Source of the DNA: an uncultured Myxococcales bacterium
Lineage (GTDB): Bacteria; Myxococcota_A; UBA9042
Reading direction: 5' to 3'
Assembly (NCBI GenBank): GCA_903869075.1
Contig: CAIPXZ010000327.1
Coordinates: 1-51,795, forward strand
DNA length: 51,795 nucleotides
A program made the position numbers and the translations under genes. The notes beneath the pieces were generated by a model. It did not search any database, was not told where the DNA came from, and saw nothing but the letters and a program-made list of their open reading frames with translations. This document shows positions 21,576 through 31,100 of the stretch, piece by piece. Every line of letters starts with the position of its first letter. Positions within the stretch are counted from its first letter, which is position 1.

Positions 21576-22736
21576 TCAGCGGTCGATGTCGGGGACGACG
21601 ATGTCGATCGACGACAGCATGGCCACCAGGTCGCCGATGCGCCCGCCGGTCGCCATCTCGCCGATGCACCACAAGTTGTTGAAATTTGGCGTGCGGCAGT
21701 GGATGCGGTACGGCGCTTCCTTGCCGTCGGACACCAGCAGCACGCCGAGGATGCCGCGCGCGGTCTCCAGGTGGCTGTAGTGGATGCCCGCGGGCACCTT
21801 GATCTTCGCCGCCGGCTTGACCATAAAGGTCTTGCCTTCCGGGATGTTGTCGATCAGCTGCTCGATAATGCGGATCGACTGGCGGATCTCTTCCATCCGC
21901 ACCCAGTACCGGTCCCAGCAGTCGCCGTCGGTGCCGACCGGCACGTCAAAGTCCACCTGGCTGTACAGGCCATACGGCTCGGACTTGCGCAGGTCGTGCG
22001 CCACGCCGCTCGCGCGCAGCACCGGACCGGTCGCGCCGAGCGCAATCGCCCGCGCCGCGCTCAGCTTGCCGATGCCGCGCAGGCGTTCCTGGATGATGAC
22101 GTTGCCGGTCAGCAGCGCGTCGTACTCGACAAGCTTGGGCTTCAGGTAATTCAGGAACGCTTTGACATCCTTGACGAACTCCGGGTGGATATCGAACATC
22201 ACGCCGCCGGGCTGGATGTAGTTCATCGTCAGCCGCGCGCCGATCGTCTTCTCGAAGATGTCGCAGATCTGCTCCCGGTCGCGCAGGCCGTAGAAAAACG
22301 GCGTAAATCCGCCGAGATCCATGCCAAACACGCCCCACCACAGCAAGTGGCTCTGGATGCGCTGCAGCTCGCAGACAAGCGTGCGGATCGCCTGGATCCG
22401 CTCGGTGGTCTCCATTTTGGCGGCTTTTTCAACCACCATCGTCACGGCCCAGTTGTTGGCCAGCGCCGACAAATAGTCCATGCGATCAACCAGATGCACG
22501 AACTGGCGGTAGTTGCCATGTTCGCCCATCTTCTCAATGCCGCGGTGGATGTAGCCCAGCACCGGCACGACTTCGCGCACCGTCTCGCCGTCCAGCCGCA
22601 GCACGAGGCGCAGCACGCCGTGCGTCGACGGGTGCTGCGGGCCCATGTTGACGAAATATTCTTCCGTCGACAGCGGGCTGCCGGCGGTGCTCTCGCCGGA
22701 AATGCGCGCCTGGAGGGTGGAAACGGTGACGCTCAT
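21576..22736 (-). CDS. nuoD: complex I subunit D (49-kDa / NdhH-like)
   Basis: 386 aa (..NMGPQHPSTHGVLRLVLRLDGE.., C-terminal ..DIVVPDIDR). 4-nt ATGA overlap with nuoC. Confidence 0.9.
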   Translation of the reverse strand: MSVTVSTLQARISGESTAGSPLSTEEYFVNMGPQHPSTHGVLRLVLRLDGETVREVVPVLGYIHRGIEKMGEHGNYRQFVHLVDRMDYLSALANNWAVTMVVEKAAKMETTERIQAIRTLVCELQRIQSHLLWWGVFGMDLGGFTPFFYGLRDREQICDIFEKTIGARLTMNYIQPGGVMFDIHPEFVKDVKAFLNYLKPKLVEYDALLTGNVIIQERLRGIGKLSAARAIALGATGPVLRASGVAHDLRKSEPYGLYSQVDFDVPVGTDGDCWDRYWVRMEEIRQSIRIIEQLIDNIPEGKTFMVKPAAKIKVPAGIHYSHLETARGILGVLLVSDGKEAPYRIHCRTPNFNNLWCIGEMATGGRIGDLVAMLSSIDIVVPDIDR

Positions 22737-23197
22737 TCGGGCCGCTCCAGCATGAAATCGTCCTCGTAGTCCTTGCGCAGCGGAAAGCCGACCCAGTCGT
22801 CTTCCAGAAACAGCCGCCGCAAGTCCGGGTGACCGTCGTACAAAATACCAAACATGTCGTAGGCTTCGCGCTCAAGCCACTCAGCGATCGGCCAGACCTG
22901 GCTGACCGTCGGCACCACCGGCGCGTCGCGGTCGATGTTCACCGCCAGCAGCAGCCGGTGGCCGTGCGGCACCGACGTCAGCAGGTACAGCAGCTCAAAC
23001 CGGTCCTCTTCCAGCCAATCGACAGCGGTGTGCGTCTCCAGCAGGTCGAACCGCAGGTCCGGGTCGTCGCGCAACTGCGTCGCCAACGCCACGAGCGCGT
23101 CGGCAGCGACGGTCAGCGTCGGCTGGTCGCTCTGCGCGCGCGCCTGCGCGGCCGGGTGCAGCGCCTGGACGGCGGCGATGAGGTTCAGCGCGTCCAT
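22733..23197 (-). CDS. nuoC: complex I subunit C (30-kDa)
   Basis: 154 aa (..WPIAEWLEREAYDMFGILYDGHPDLRRLFL..). Confidence 0.85.
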   Translation of the reverse strand: MDALNLIAAVQALHPAAQARAQSDQPTLTVAADALVALATQLRDDPDLRFDLLETHTAVDWLEEDRFELLYLLTSVPHGHRLLLAVNIDRDAPVVPTVSQVWPIAEWLEREAYDMFGILYDGHPDLRRLFLEDDWVGFPLRKDYEDDFMLERPE

Positions 23198-23198
23198 C

Positions 23199-23873
23199 TC
23201 AAAAATCCTTCAGGTCAGCGGCATAGTGCGCGCCGGCGGCCACCGCATCGGTCATCGTCACGTTGGCATCGTGCGACAGCAAGTCCTGCATTTCCTTGCG
23301 GATATCGTCCAGCGTCATGCCTTCCGGCAGCGCCGCCAGCACCGGCCGCCGCCGCTCGCCCGGGTGACGAATGCTCTCGCCTTCCTTGATCATTTTTTGC
23401 AGCGTCAGCAGGCCGTAGAAGAACGCCTCCGGTCGCGGCGGACAGCCGGGCACGTAGACGTCGACCGGGATGATCTCGTCCGCGCCGCGCACCGTCGTGT
23501 AGCTGTGGTACATGAACGGCCCGCCGCAGATGGCGCAGGAGCCGGTGGCCATGACGTAGCGCGGCTCGGCCATCTGCTCGTACAGCGTGCGCAGCCGCGG
23601 CGCCATGCGCTTGACGATGGTGCCGGCGATGACGAGCAGGTCCGCCTGCCGCGGCGAGGGCCGCGCGACTTCAGCGCCGAAGCGCGCGAGGTCATGCCGC
23701 GCCGCGCCGGTGGCCATCATCACTTCGATGGCGCAGCAGCTTGTGCCAAACGTCAACGGCCACAGGCTGTTGGCGCGGCTCCAGTTGATCAGCTGGTCAA
23801 CGGCGGTCACGAGCACGGAGCCGCCAGGCAGCGGTTCGAGCACGCCGGGCAAATTGTCGGTGATCACACCCAT
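23199..23873 (-). CDS. nuoB: complex I subunit B (N2 cluster subunit)
   Basis: 224 aa from ATG 23873. N2 ligands are present: [30 protein letters not shown]. It overlaps the nuoA stop by 10 nt. Confidence 0.9.
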   Translation of the reverse strand: MGVITDNLPGVLEPLPGGSVLVTAVDQLINWSRANSLWPLTFGTSCCAIEVMMATGAARHDLARFGAEVARPSPRQADLLVIAGTIVKRMAPRLRTLYEQMAEPRYVMATGSCAICGGPFMYHSYTTVRGADEIIPVDVYVPGCPPRPEAFFYGLLTLQKMIKEGESIRHPGERRRPVLAALPEGMTLDDIRKEMQDLLSHDANVTMTDAVAAGAHYAADLKDF

Positions 23874-24214
23874 TCGAGCGCTCCTTTGCGCCACGCGTAC
23901 AACAGGCCGACCATCAACATGGCGCCGAACACGCCCGCCTCGATGAGCCCCGTCGTTCCAAACTCGCGCAGCACTACCGCCCACGGGTACAGGAACGCGG
24001 CCTCGACGTCAAACACCAAAAACATCAAACCGAACAGGTAGAAGCCGACGTTGAACTGGATCCACGACGTGCCGATGGTCTTCTCGCCGCATTCGTAGGC
24101 GTCATTCTTGGCGCCGCCGGGATGATGCGGCGCGACGAGCCGGGACAGCCCGAGCCCACCTAGCACCATCACGGCTGAAAAGCCGAGAAAAATCAGGACA
24201 TAGAAGAAATCCAT
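23864..24214 (-). CDS. nuoA: complex I subunit A
   Basis: 116 aa with 3 TM segments (..[40 protein letters not shown]..). The start is only 7 nt downstream of the korB stop. Confidence 0.9.
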   Translation of the reverse strand: MDFFYVLIFLGFSAVMVLGGLGLSRLVAPHHPGGAKNDAYECGEKTIGTSWIQFNVGFYLFGLMFLVFDVEAAFLYPWAVVLREFGTTGLIEAGVFGAMLMVGLLYAWRKGALEWV

Positions 24215-24221
24215 CGGATCC

Positions 24222-25277
24222 TCACGCTGCCGAGGCTGCCGCTACCTGCGCGCCCAGCAAGCTGATATGGCCCTGCGCGTCTTCCATCCACGCTTCCGAC
24301 CCGCGGAACACGCGCATGAGGTCGCCGCCCTTGGGCGCGTAGTGGTCATCGTACGCTGTCTGCTGCACTTTGCGGAACACGCCGACCGGCACCGGCAGGT
24401 CCGGATGTTCCATGTTTGACAGCAGAAAAGCCAGCGACGAGTCTTCGACCGCGACGTCGTGCACGAGCGCGTTGTCCGGCAGCGGGCTGCCCGGCACGTA
24501 CGCCTCGACCTGCGGCCGGAAGCCGTCGATTGTCACGATGCGGTCCTTGCCGTTGCCGAAAATCAGCGGCTCCTTGTCCTTGAGCGTCACCGTCGTGTCC
24601 GCCTTGACGGCTTTCTCGGTCAGGTGGCTGAAGGTGCCGTCGTTGAAGATCACGCAGTTCAGCAGCACTTCCACAAACGCCGCGCCTTTGTGGTCCGCCG
24701 CCTGCTGCAAGATGTCCGCCATCAGCTGGCCGTCGGTATCGGCAACGCGCGCGGCAAAAGTCGCGCCGGCAGCGATCGCCATGGACAGCGGGCGAATCGG
24801 CGGGTCGATCGAGCCGTACGGCGTCGACTTGGTCTTTTTGCCCTTGCTCGTCGTCGGCGACGCCTGGCCTTTGGTCAGGCCGTAGATCTGGTTGTTGAAC
24901 AGAATCACCTTGATGTTGGGATTGCGGCGGATCATGTGGATGAAGTGGTTGCCGCCGATCGACAGCGCGTCGCCGTCACCGGTCATGACCCACACGCTCA
25001 GGTCGGGGCGCGAGAGCTTCAAGCCGGTGGCGACCGTCATGGCGCGGCCGTGGACGGTGTGAAAGCCGTACGTGCCGACGTAGTACGGCGTGCGCGACGA
25101 GCAGCCGATGCCGGAGATGACGGCGAATTTCTCGCGCGGCAGGTTCATGGTCGGGAACGTGCCGGTCAGCCAGCGCAGGACGCTGTAGCAGCCGCAGCCG
25201 GCGCACCACTTCGGGTCGATGGAACTGAGGAAATCCTGGCGCTTGAGGCCGAGGTTGGCGGTAGGGACGATGGTCAT
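24222..25277 (-). CDS. korB: 2-oxoglutarate(2-oxoacid):ferredoxin oxidoreductase beta subunit (TPP-binding)
   Basis: 351 aa, with WCAGCGCYSV and the TPP motif VMTGDGDALSIGGNHFIH..ILFNNQIYGLTKGQ. Confidence 0.88.
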   Translation of the reverse strand: MTIVPTANLGLKRQDFLSSIDPKWCAGCGCYSVLRWLTGTFPTMNLPREKFAVISGIGCSSRTPYYVGTYGFHTVHGRAMTVATGLKLSRPDLSVWVMTGDGDALSIGGNHFIHMIRRNPNIKVILFNNQIYGLTKGQASPTTSKGKKTKSTPYGSIDPPIRPLSMAIAAGATFAARVADTDGQLMADILQQAADHKGAAFVEVLLNCVIFNDGTFSHLTEKAVKADTTVTLKDKEPLIFGNGKDRIVTIDGFRPQVEAYVPGSPLPDNALVHDVAVEDSSLAFLLSNMEHPDLPVPVGVFRKVQQTAYDDHYAPKGGDLMRVFRGSEAWMEDAQGHISLLGAQVAAASAA

Positions 25278-25322
25278 GACGACGCTCCGTAGGTTCCAGG
25301 CAAAAGGCAGGGTTCAGCTGGG

Positions 25323-27167
25323 CTAGACCAGCGACTCAATCTTGGCTTCGATGTCGTCGGCGCGGAACGGCTGGCCTTCGACCTTGTTGAACTGCACGAC
25401 ATCCACGAGGTATTTGCCGCGCAGGTGGTACGCGAGCTGCCCGGAATTGATCTCCGGCAACAGCACGCGCTTGTACTTCTGCATGAGCGCCTTCAAGTCC
25501 GGCGGCAGCGGGTTCATGTGCCGCAGGTGCGCGCCGGCGACCTTGTGACCGCGCTTGCGCACGTGGCCAATCGCCTGCTCGATGACGCCGCGGGTCGAGC
25601 CCCAGCCGAGCACCAGCAGGTCGGCATCGGCGTCGCCGTAAACTTCCGTCGGCGCGATGTCCTGGGCGATCTTCTCGATTTTCGCCGCGCGCAGATCGGT
25701 CATCCGCTGGTGATTCGCGGGGTTATGGCTGATGTTGCCCGAGCCATCCTCTTTCTCGAGGCCGCCGATGCGGTGCTCCAGCCCCGGCGTGCCGACCGCC
25801 GCCCAAGGCCGCGCCAGCGTCTCCGGGTCGCGCGAGTACGGCTTGAAGCCCTCGGGATTCGTAACCAAATGCGTCTTCAGCACCGGCAGCTCGTCCAGCT
25901 CCGGCACGCGCCAGACTTCCGAACCGTTGCCGAGATAGCCGTCGGTCAGCAGCACCACCGGCGTCATGTACTTGAGCGCGATGCGCGCCGCCTCAATCGT
26001 CGCGTCAAAGCAATCGCGCGGCGAGGACGCCGCCACAACCGCCAGCGGCGACTCACCGTGCCGGCCAAACAGCGCCTGCAGCAGATCGGACTGCTCGGTC
26101 TTGGTCGGCAAACCGGTCGACGGACCGGCGCGCTGCACGTCGACGATGACAAGCGGCAGCTCCGTCATCACCGCGAGGTTGATGAACTCCGCCTTGAGCG
26201 AAAAGCCCGGTCCCGAGGTCGACGTCGCCGCCAGCGCGCCGCCAAACGCCGCGCCAATCGCCGAGCCGATGCCGGCAATCTCGTCCTCAGCCTGCAGCAC
26301 GTTGCAGAATTCCTTATTCTGCTGGAGCACTTGCATGATGTCCGTCGCCGGCGTGATTGGGTAGCTGCCCAAGAAAAGCGGCAGGTTCGCGCGCTTCGCC
26401 GCCGCCAGCAGGCCATACGCTGTCGCCGTGTTGCCCGACACTTGGCGGTACACGCCGGCGCCGCGCGGCGTCGCCTTGGCGCGCGTTGCGTACGTGTGGT
26501 TCTGCAGCTTGCCGTCCTTGCCGTACTGCAAGCCCGCCTCGAACGCCCGCTGGTTGGCCTCCAGCACGTCCGGCTTGTTGCTGAATTTCTTGATGATCCA
26601 GCGCTGCGTCTGCTTGATGTCGCGGTTGAACAGCCAGTAGCTCAAGCCCAGCGCGAAGAAGTTCTTGCAGCGGTCAACCTGCTTGGCGGAAAGGCCGCCG
26701 GCGCCGAGCGCTTCCTGCGTCGCCTTGACCATCGGCACACGCAAAAGCTTGAACGTGTTCAGTTCCCCGGTCTCGAGCGGGTCCGCAGCGTAGCCGGCTT
26801 TCTCGATGTTGCGGGCGATGAACGCGTCCTCGTTGACGATGACGGTCGAACCGGACTTGAGAAACGGCATGTTGGCGCGCAACGCCGCCGGGTTCATGGC
26901 GACCAAGAAGTCGAGGCTGTCGCCCGGCGTGAACACGTCGCTGGTGCCAAAGCACACCTGGAAGCCCGAGACGCCGCCGATGGTGCCGGCGGGCGCGCGA
27001 ATCTCCGCGGGATAGTCCGGCAAAGTCGCGACGTCGTCGCCCATCAGCGCGGAAGTACTGGTAAACTGGTCGCCGACCAACTGCATGCCGTCGCCCGAGT
27101 CACCCGCAAAGCGGATCACCACGGTATCGACTTCTTCTACAGTACGCGCGAGCTGATGCGATGTCAT
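25323..27167 (-). CDS. korA: 2-oxoglutarate(2-oxoacid):ferredoxin oxidoreductase alpha subunit (gamma+alpha fusion)
   Basis: 614 aa from ATG 27167, with a GGAGGA RBS 6 nt upstream. The gamma-like N-terminus VVIRFAGDSGDGMQLVGDQF is followed by an alpha-like SGNTATAYGLLAA..GSYPITPATDI. This is the two-subunit KorAB architecture, with no delta/ferredoxin domain. Confidence 0.88.
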   Translation of the reverse strand: MTSHQLARTVEEVDTVVIRFAGDSGDGMQLVGDQFTSTSALMGDDVATLPDYPAEIRAPAGTIGGVSGFQVCFGTSDVFTPGDSLDFLVAMNPAALRANMPFLKSGSTVIVNEDAFIARNIEKAGYAADPLETGELNTFKLLRVPMVKATQEALGAGGLSAKQVDRCKNFFALGLSYWLFNRDIKQTQRWIIKKFSNKPDVLEANQRAFEAGLQYGKDGKLQNHTYATRAKATPRGAGVYRQVSGNTATAYGLLAAAKRANLPLFLGSYPITPATDIMQVLQQNKEFCNVLQAEDEIAGIGSAIGAAFGGALAATSTSGPGFSLKAEFINLAVMTELPLVIVDVQRAGPSTGLPTKTEQSDLLQALFGRHGESPLAVVAASSPRDCFDATIEAARIALKYMTPVVLLTDGYLGNGSEVWRVPELDELPVLKTHLVTNPEGFKPYSRDPETLARPWAAVGTPGLEHRIGGLEKEDGSGNISHNPANHQRMTDLRAAKIEKIAQDIAPTEVYGDADADLLVLGWGSTRGVIEQAIGHVRKRGHKVAGAHLRHMNPLPPDLKALMQKYKRVLLPEINSGQLAYHLRGKYLVDVVQFNKVEGQPFRADDIEAKIESLV

Positions 27168-27255
27168 AGGTGTTCCTCCGTCCTGGCCAACCGCCTTTCC
27201 GGGGCGGTCATTCACACGCCGAATGAGGCGCCCGATCGCGTCCAAGGTCAATGCC

Positions 27256-27268
27256 GTCTGTCACAGAC
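27256..27268. promoter_or_regulatory. candidate operator: perfect 6-1-6 palindrome upstream of korA
   Basis: GTCTGT-C-ACAGAC, ~90 nt upstream of the korA ATG. It is followed by two TTGTCA hexamers (27290-27295 and 27301-27306, 11-bp spacing). Confidence 0.25.
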
Positions 27269-27455
27269 GTGTCTAGCAAAGGCCGCCTATTGTCATGGGT
27301 TTGTCAGGCGAGAGGGGCGTCCGTTGGTGACGCCGCAACCGCCCCGGCAGCGGCTGCCGTGGAGGGGCGCAAAATAGTGGCACAATTCGGTCCGGATTGG
27401 CGGCGGTCCCGCGCCGGCGTTGGCGACGCGGCCGCTTGCGCAGCGCGCGGGGGCG

Positions 27456-27980
27456 CTACAGCTTGGGCGTGTCGATCTCGTCCCACGCGCGATCCGGCTC
27501 ATCGTCGCCCGGAACGCGCGCCAGCAATTCGGCAACCAGGCGCTGGTGCTCCAGTTCCTCGGTCCGCAGCTCTACGAACAGCAGGCGGACGTCCTTGTCC
27601 TTGACGTGAATCAAGGCTTCATCAAAAAAATCATAGGCTTTGCGCTCCGCTGCCAGCGCGATTTCCAGCGCCTGGCGCGTGCTCATGAAGTTGCGCGGCT
27701 GGCTCGTCTCCGGCGCCTCGATGTCGATCACCGCGTCCGGATTCACCCGCGACGGCGCGTCGGCGTACAGCGCACGGCGGCGGGTCTGCAGCACTTCGCG
27801 GTGCTTTTGCTCGTTGACGACCATCGCGTCGAAGAACGTCGCGGCGTCGCCCTCATACCGCTTGCCCACGAGCTCGGAGAAATCGGCGTAGCGCTGCCGC
27901 GCCTCTTCCTCAATCAAAATGGCATAATCCAGCGCGTCTTGCAGGGTCAGGTGGGCAAAATCGATGGTCTGAAAGGACAT
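27456..27980 (-). CDS. ferritin-like / rubrerythrin-like diiron four-helix-bundle protein
   Basis: 174 aa from ATG 27980 (AGGAG RBS). Two ExxH pairs (NEQKH, EELEH) plus Glu-bearing helices (LIEEEARQRY, LAAERKAYDFF). Confidence 0.7.
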   Translation of the reverse strand: MSFQTIDFAHLTLQDALDYAILIEEEARQRYADFSELVGKRYEGDAATFFDAMVVNEQKHREVLQTRRRALYADAPSRVNPDAVIDIEAPETSQPRNFMSTRQALEIALAAERKAYDFFDEALIHVKDKDVRLLFVELRTEELEHQRLVAELLARVPGDDEPDRAWDEIDTPKL

Positions 27981-28194
27981 GACGAACTCCTGGTGGTGCA
28001 GCGGCACGGCAGGCCCGGGCAGCGCGGTCGCGAGCGTAACAGACCGCAGCGTTCTGAATCCACGCGCCAGACGCCGCAATTGTCACGGCCTTGTCGTGGC
28101 CGCTGGTGGCGGCTGTGTCACAATCCTGCCACACAGCCCGTGTACGACCCGGACGTTGCGCGGCACAATGGCGGCGCGCAAAGCCGGAGGCCCC

Positions 28195-31100
28195 ATGCAC
28201 AAACCAGCCTACATCACCGTCGACGGCAACGAAGCGACAGCGCTCGTTGCCCACAAGCTCAATGAAATCATTGTCATTTACCCGATCACGCCGTCCTCGA
28301 CGATGGGCGAACTGTGCGACGAGTGGAGCGCCAACGGCCGCCAAAACCTCTGGGGCGCGGTGCCGGAAGTGACGGAAATGCAGTCGGAAGCCGGCGCGGC
28401 GGGCGCGGTCCACGGCGCGCTGCAAGTCGGCGTGCTGGCGACGACGTTCACGGCGTCCCAGGGCCTTTTGCTCATGATTCCAAACATGTACAAAATCGCC
28501 GGCGAGTTGACGCCGTTTTGCATGCACGTTGCCGCGCGCACGCTGGCGACGCACGCGCTGTCGATTTTTGGCGATCACTCGGACGTCATGGCGTGCCGGC
28601 AGACCGGTTTTGCGATGCTGGCTTCCGGCTCGGTACAAGAAGCCCATGATTTCGCAGCGATCGGCCAAGCCGCGACGCTGCGGTCGCGCGTGCCGTTTCT
28701 GCACTTTTTCGACGGTTTCCGCACCTCGCATGAAGTCGCCAAGATCGCCGCGCTGACCGACGCCGACCTGCGCGCGCTCATCGACGCCGACGCCATCGCC
28801 GCGCACCGCGCCCGCGCGCTGACGCCCGATCACCCGAGCGTGCGTGGAACTGCGCAAAATCCAGACGCTTTCTTCCAGGCCCGCGAGGCCGGCAACCGCT
28901 TTACCGACGCCTGCCCGCAGATCGTCCGCGAGTCCATGGCGCACTTCGCGGCGCTGACGGGGCGCGTCTACCAACCGTTTGATTACTTTGGCCATCCAGA
29001 AGCCGAGCGCGTCATCGTCGTCATGGGCTCCGGCGCCGAGACGGTGCGCGAGACGGTGGACTGGCTTGTGGCGCGCGGGCACAAAGTCGGCGTGGTGCAG
29101 GTGCGGCTGTATCGCCCGTTCGCGATTGCCGATTTTGCCAAAGTGCTGCCAGCGACGACCCAGCGCATCGCCGTGCTGGACCGCACCAAGGAGCCCGGCG
29201 CGCCGGGCGAGCCGCTGTACCTGGACGTCGTGGCGGCGCTGGCGGCGCTGCGGCGCGATGGCGAAGGGCTGCTGCACGAGCCGCTCGTTGTCGGCGGGCG
29301 GTACGGCTTGTCGTCCAAGGAATTCACGCCGGCGATGGTCGACGCAATCTTCCGCGAGCTGCAAAAACCCAAGCCGCGCCATGGCTTTACCGTCGGCATC
29401 GTCGATGACGTGACGTTCCTGTCGCTGGCGGTCGACCCAGCGTTCTCGATCGAGGCGGAAGACGTCGTCGGCGCTGTGTTTTTTGGCCTCGGCGCCGATG
29501 GCACCGTCGGCGCCAACAAGAATTCAATCAAGATCATCGGCGAGGAGACCGACAGGTTCGCGCAGGGCTATTTCGTCTATGATTCCAAGAAGTCCGGCGC
29601 GATGACGATCTCGCATTTGCGCTTTGGCCCGCGGCCGATTCGCGCGCCGTACCTGGTCAAGCAGGCGCACTTTGTGGCGTGCCACCACATGACGTTCCTC
29701 GACAAGTATGACGTGCTGGGCTACGCCGCGCCGGGCGGGGTTTTCCTGTTGAATTCCGCGCACAACGCCGCGGAGATCTGGCACCACCTCTCGGCCGAGG
29801 TGCAACAGGAGCTGATCGACAAGCGCCTGACTTTCTACGTGATTGACGCCCACAAGGTCGCCCAGGAGACCGGCATGGGCGCGCGCATCAACACGATCAT
29901 GCAGACGTGCTTTTTCGCCATCTCCGGTGTGCTGCCGCGCGACGAGGCCATCGGCCACATCAAGCATTCCATTGAGAAAAGTTACAAGAAAAAGGGCGCG
30001 GACGTGGTGAAGAAGAACTTTGCCGCCGTCGACCACACGCTCAAGCACCTGGAGACCGTGCACGTGCCGGGGCTGGCGACGTCACCGCGCCACCTGCCGC
30101 CGATTGTCGACAGCCACGCCCCGGATTTTGTGCAGCGCGTGACGGCGGTCATGATGGCGGACAAGGGCGATGCCCTGCCCGTCAGCGCGTTCCCGATCGA
30201 CGGCGTCTGGCCGATGGGCACGACGCAGTGGGAAAAGCGCAATATCGCTCTGGAAATCCCGGTTTGGCACACAAGCGTCTGCATCCAGTGCAACAAATGC
30301 GCGCTTGTGTGCCCGCACGCCGCCATCCGCGCCAAGGTCTTTGACCCCAGCTACGCCGAAGGCGCGCCGCCGACGTTCAAGACCATGGACTACCGCGGCC
30401 TCGAATTCCGCGGCGACAAGTACACGATCCAGGTCGCGCCCGAGGACTGCACCGGTTGTGAGCTGTGCGTACACATGTGCCCCGCGGTAGACAAGCAGAC
30501 CGGTCAGCGGGCGCTGGAGATGGTGCCGCAGCCGGAGCTGCGCGCCGCGGAGCACGCCAACTTTGCGCACTTCCTGGCGATTCCCGAACCGGATCGCTTG
30601 AAAGTGAAGATCGACGTCAAGGGTTCGCAGTTCCTGCAGCCGCTTTTCGAATTCTCGGGCGCGTGCTCCGGCTGCGGCGAGACGCCGTATGTCAAGCTGC
30701 TGACTCAGCTTTTTGGCGACAGGCTGCTGATAGCCAACGCCACTGGCTGCTCGTCCATCTTTGGCGGCAACCTGCCGACGACGCCGTACACGACCAACGC
30801 CGCGGGCCAGGGACCGGCGTGGGCGAACTCGCTTTTCGAGGACAACGCTGAGTTTGGCCTGGGTTTTCGCCTCGCTGTCGACCAGCACGCGCTGCACGCG
30901 CAGGCGCTTGTGCAGGAGCTCATCGGCGTGGCGGACGAGGACCTGGCGCGCGGGCTGCTGACGGCCGACCAGTCGAGCGAGCAGGGCCTCGCGGACCAGC
31001 GGACGCGGGTGGCGACGCTGAAGGAACGGCTGCTGGCGCACCCGACCGGCACAAGCCGACGGCTGTGGCAGATCGCTGATTTCCTTGTGAAAAAGAGCGT

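Noticed and set aside
23199-23390. ~60-aa C-terminal tail of NuoB as a possible novel docking extension
   Set aside because: As far as I recall, E. coli NuoB also has a ~50-aa tail after the conserved ..LLQ.. helix. Tail length alone is therefore not unusual. Only the NuoI extension is reported.
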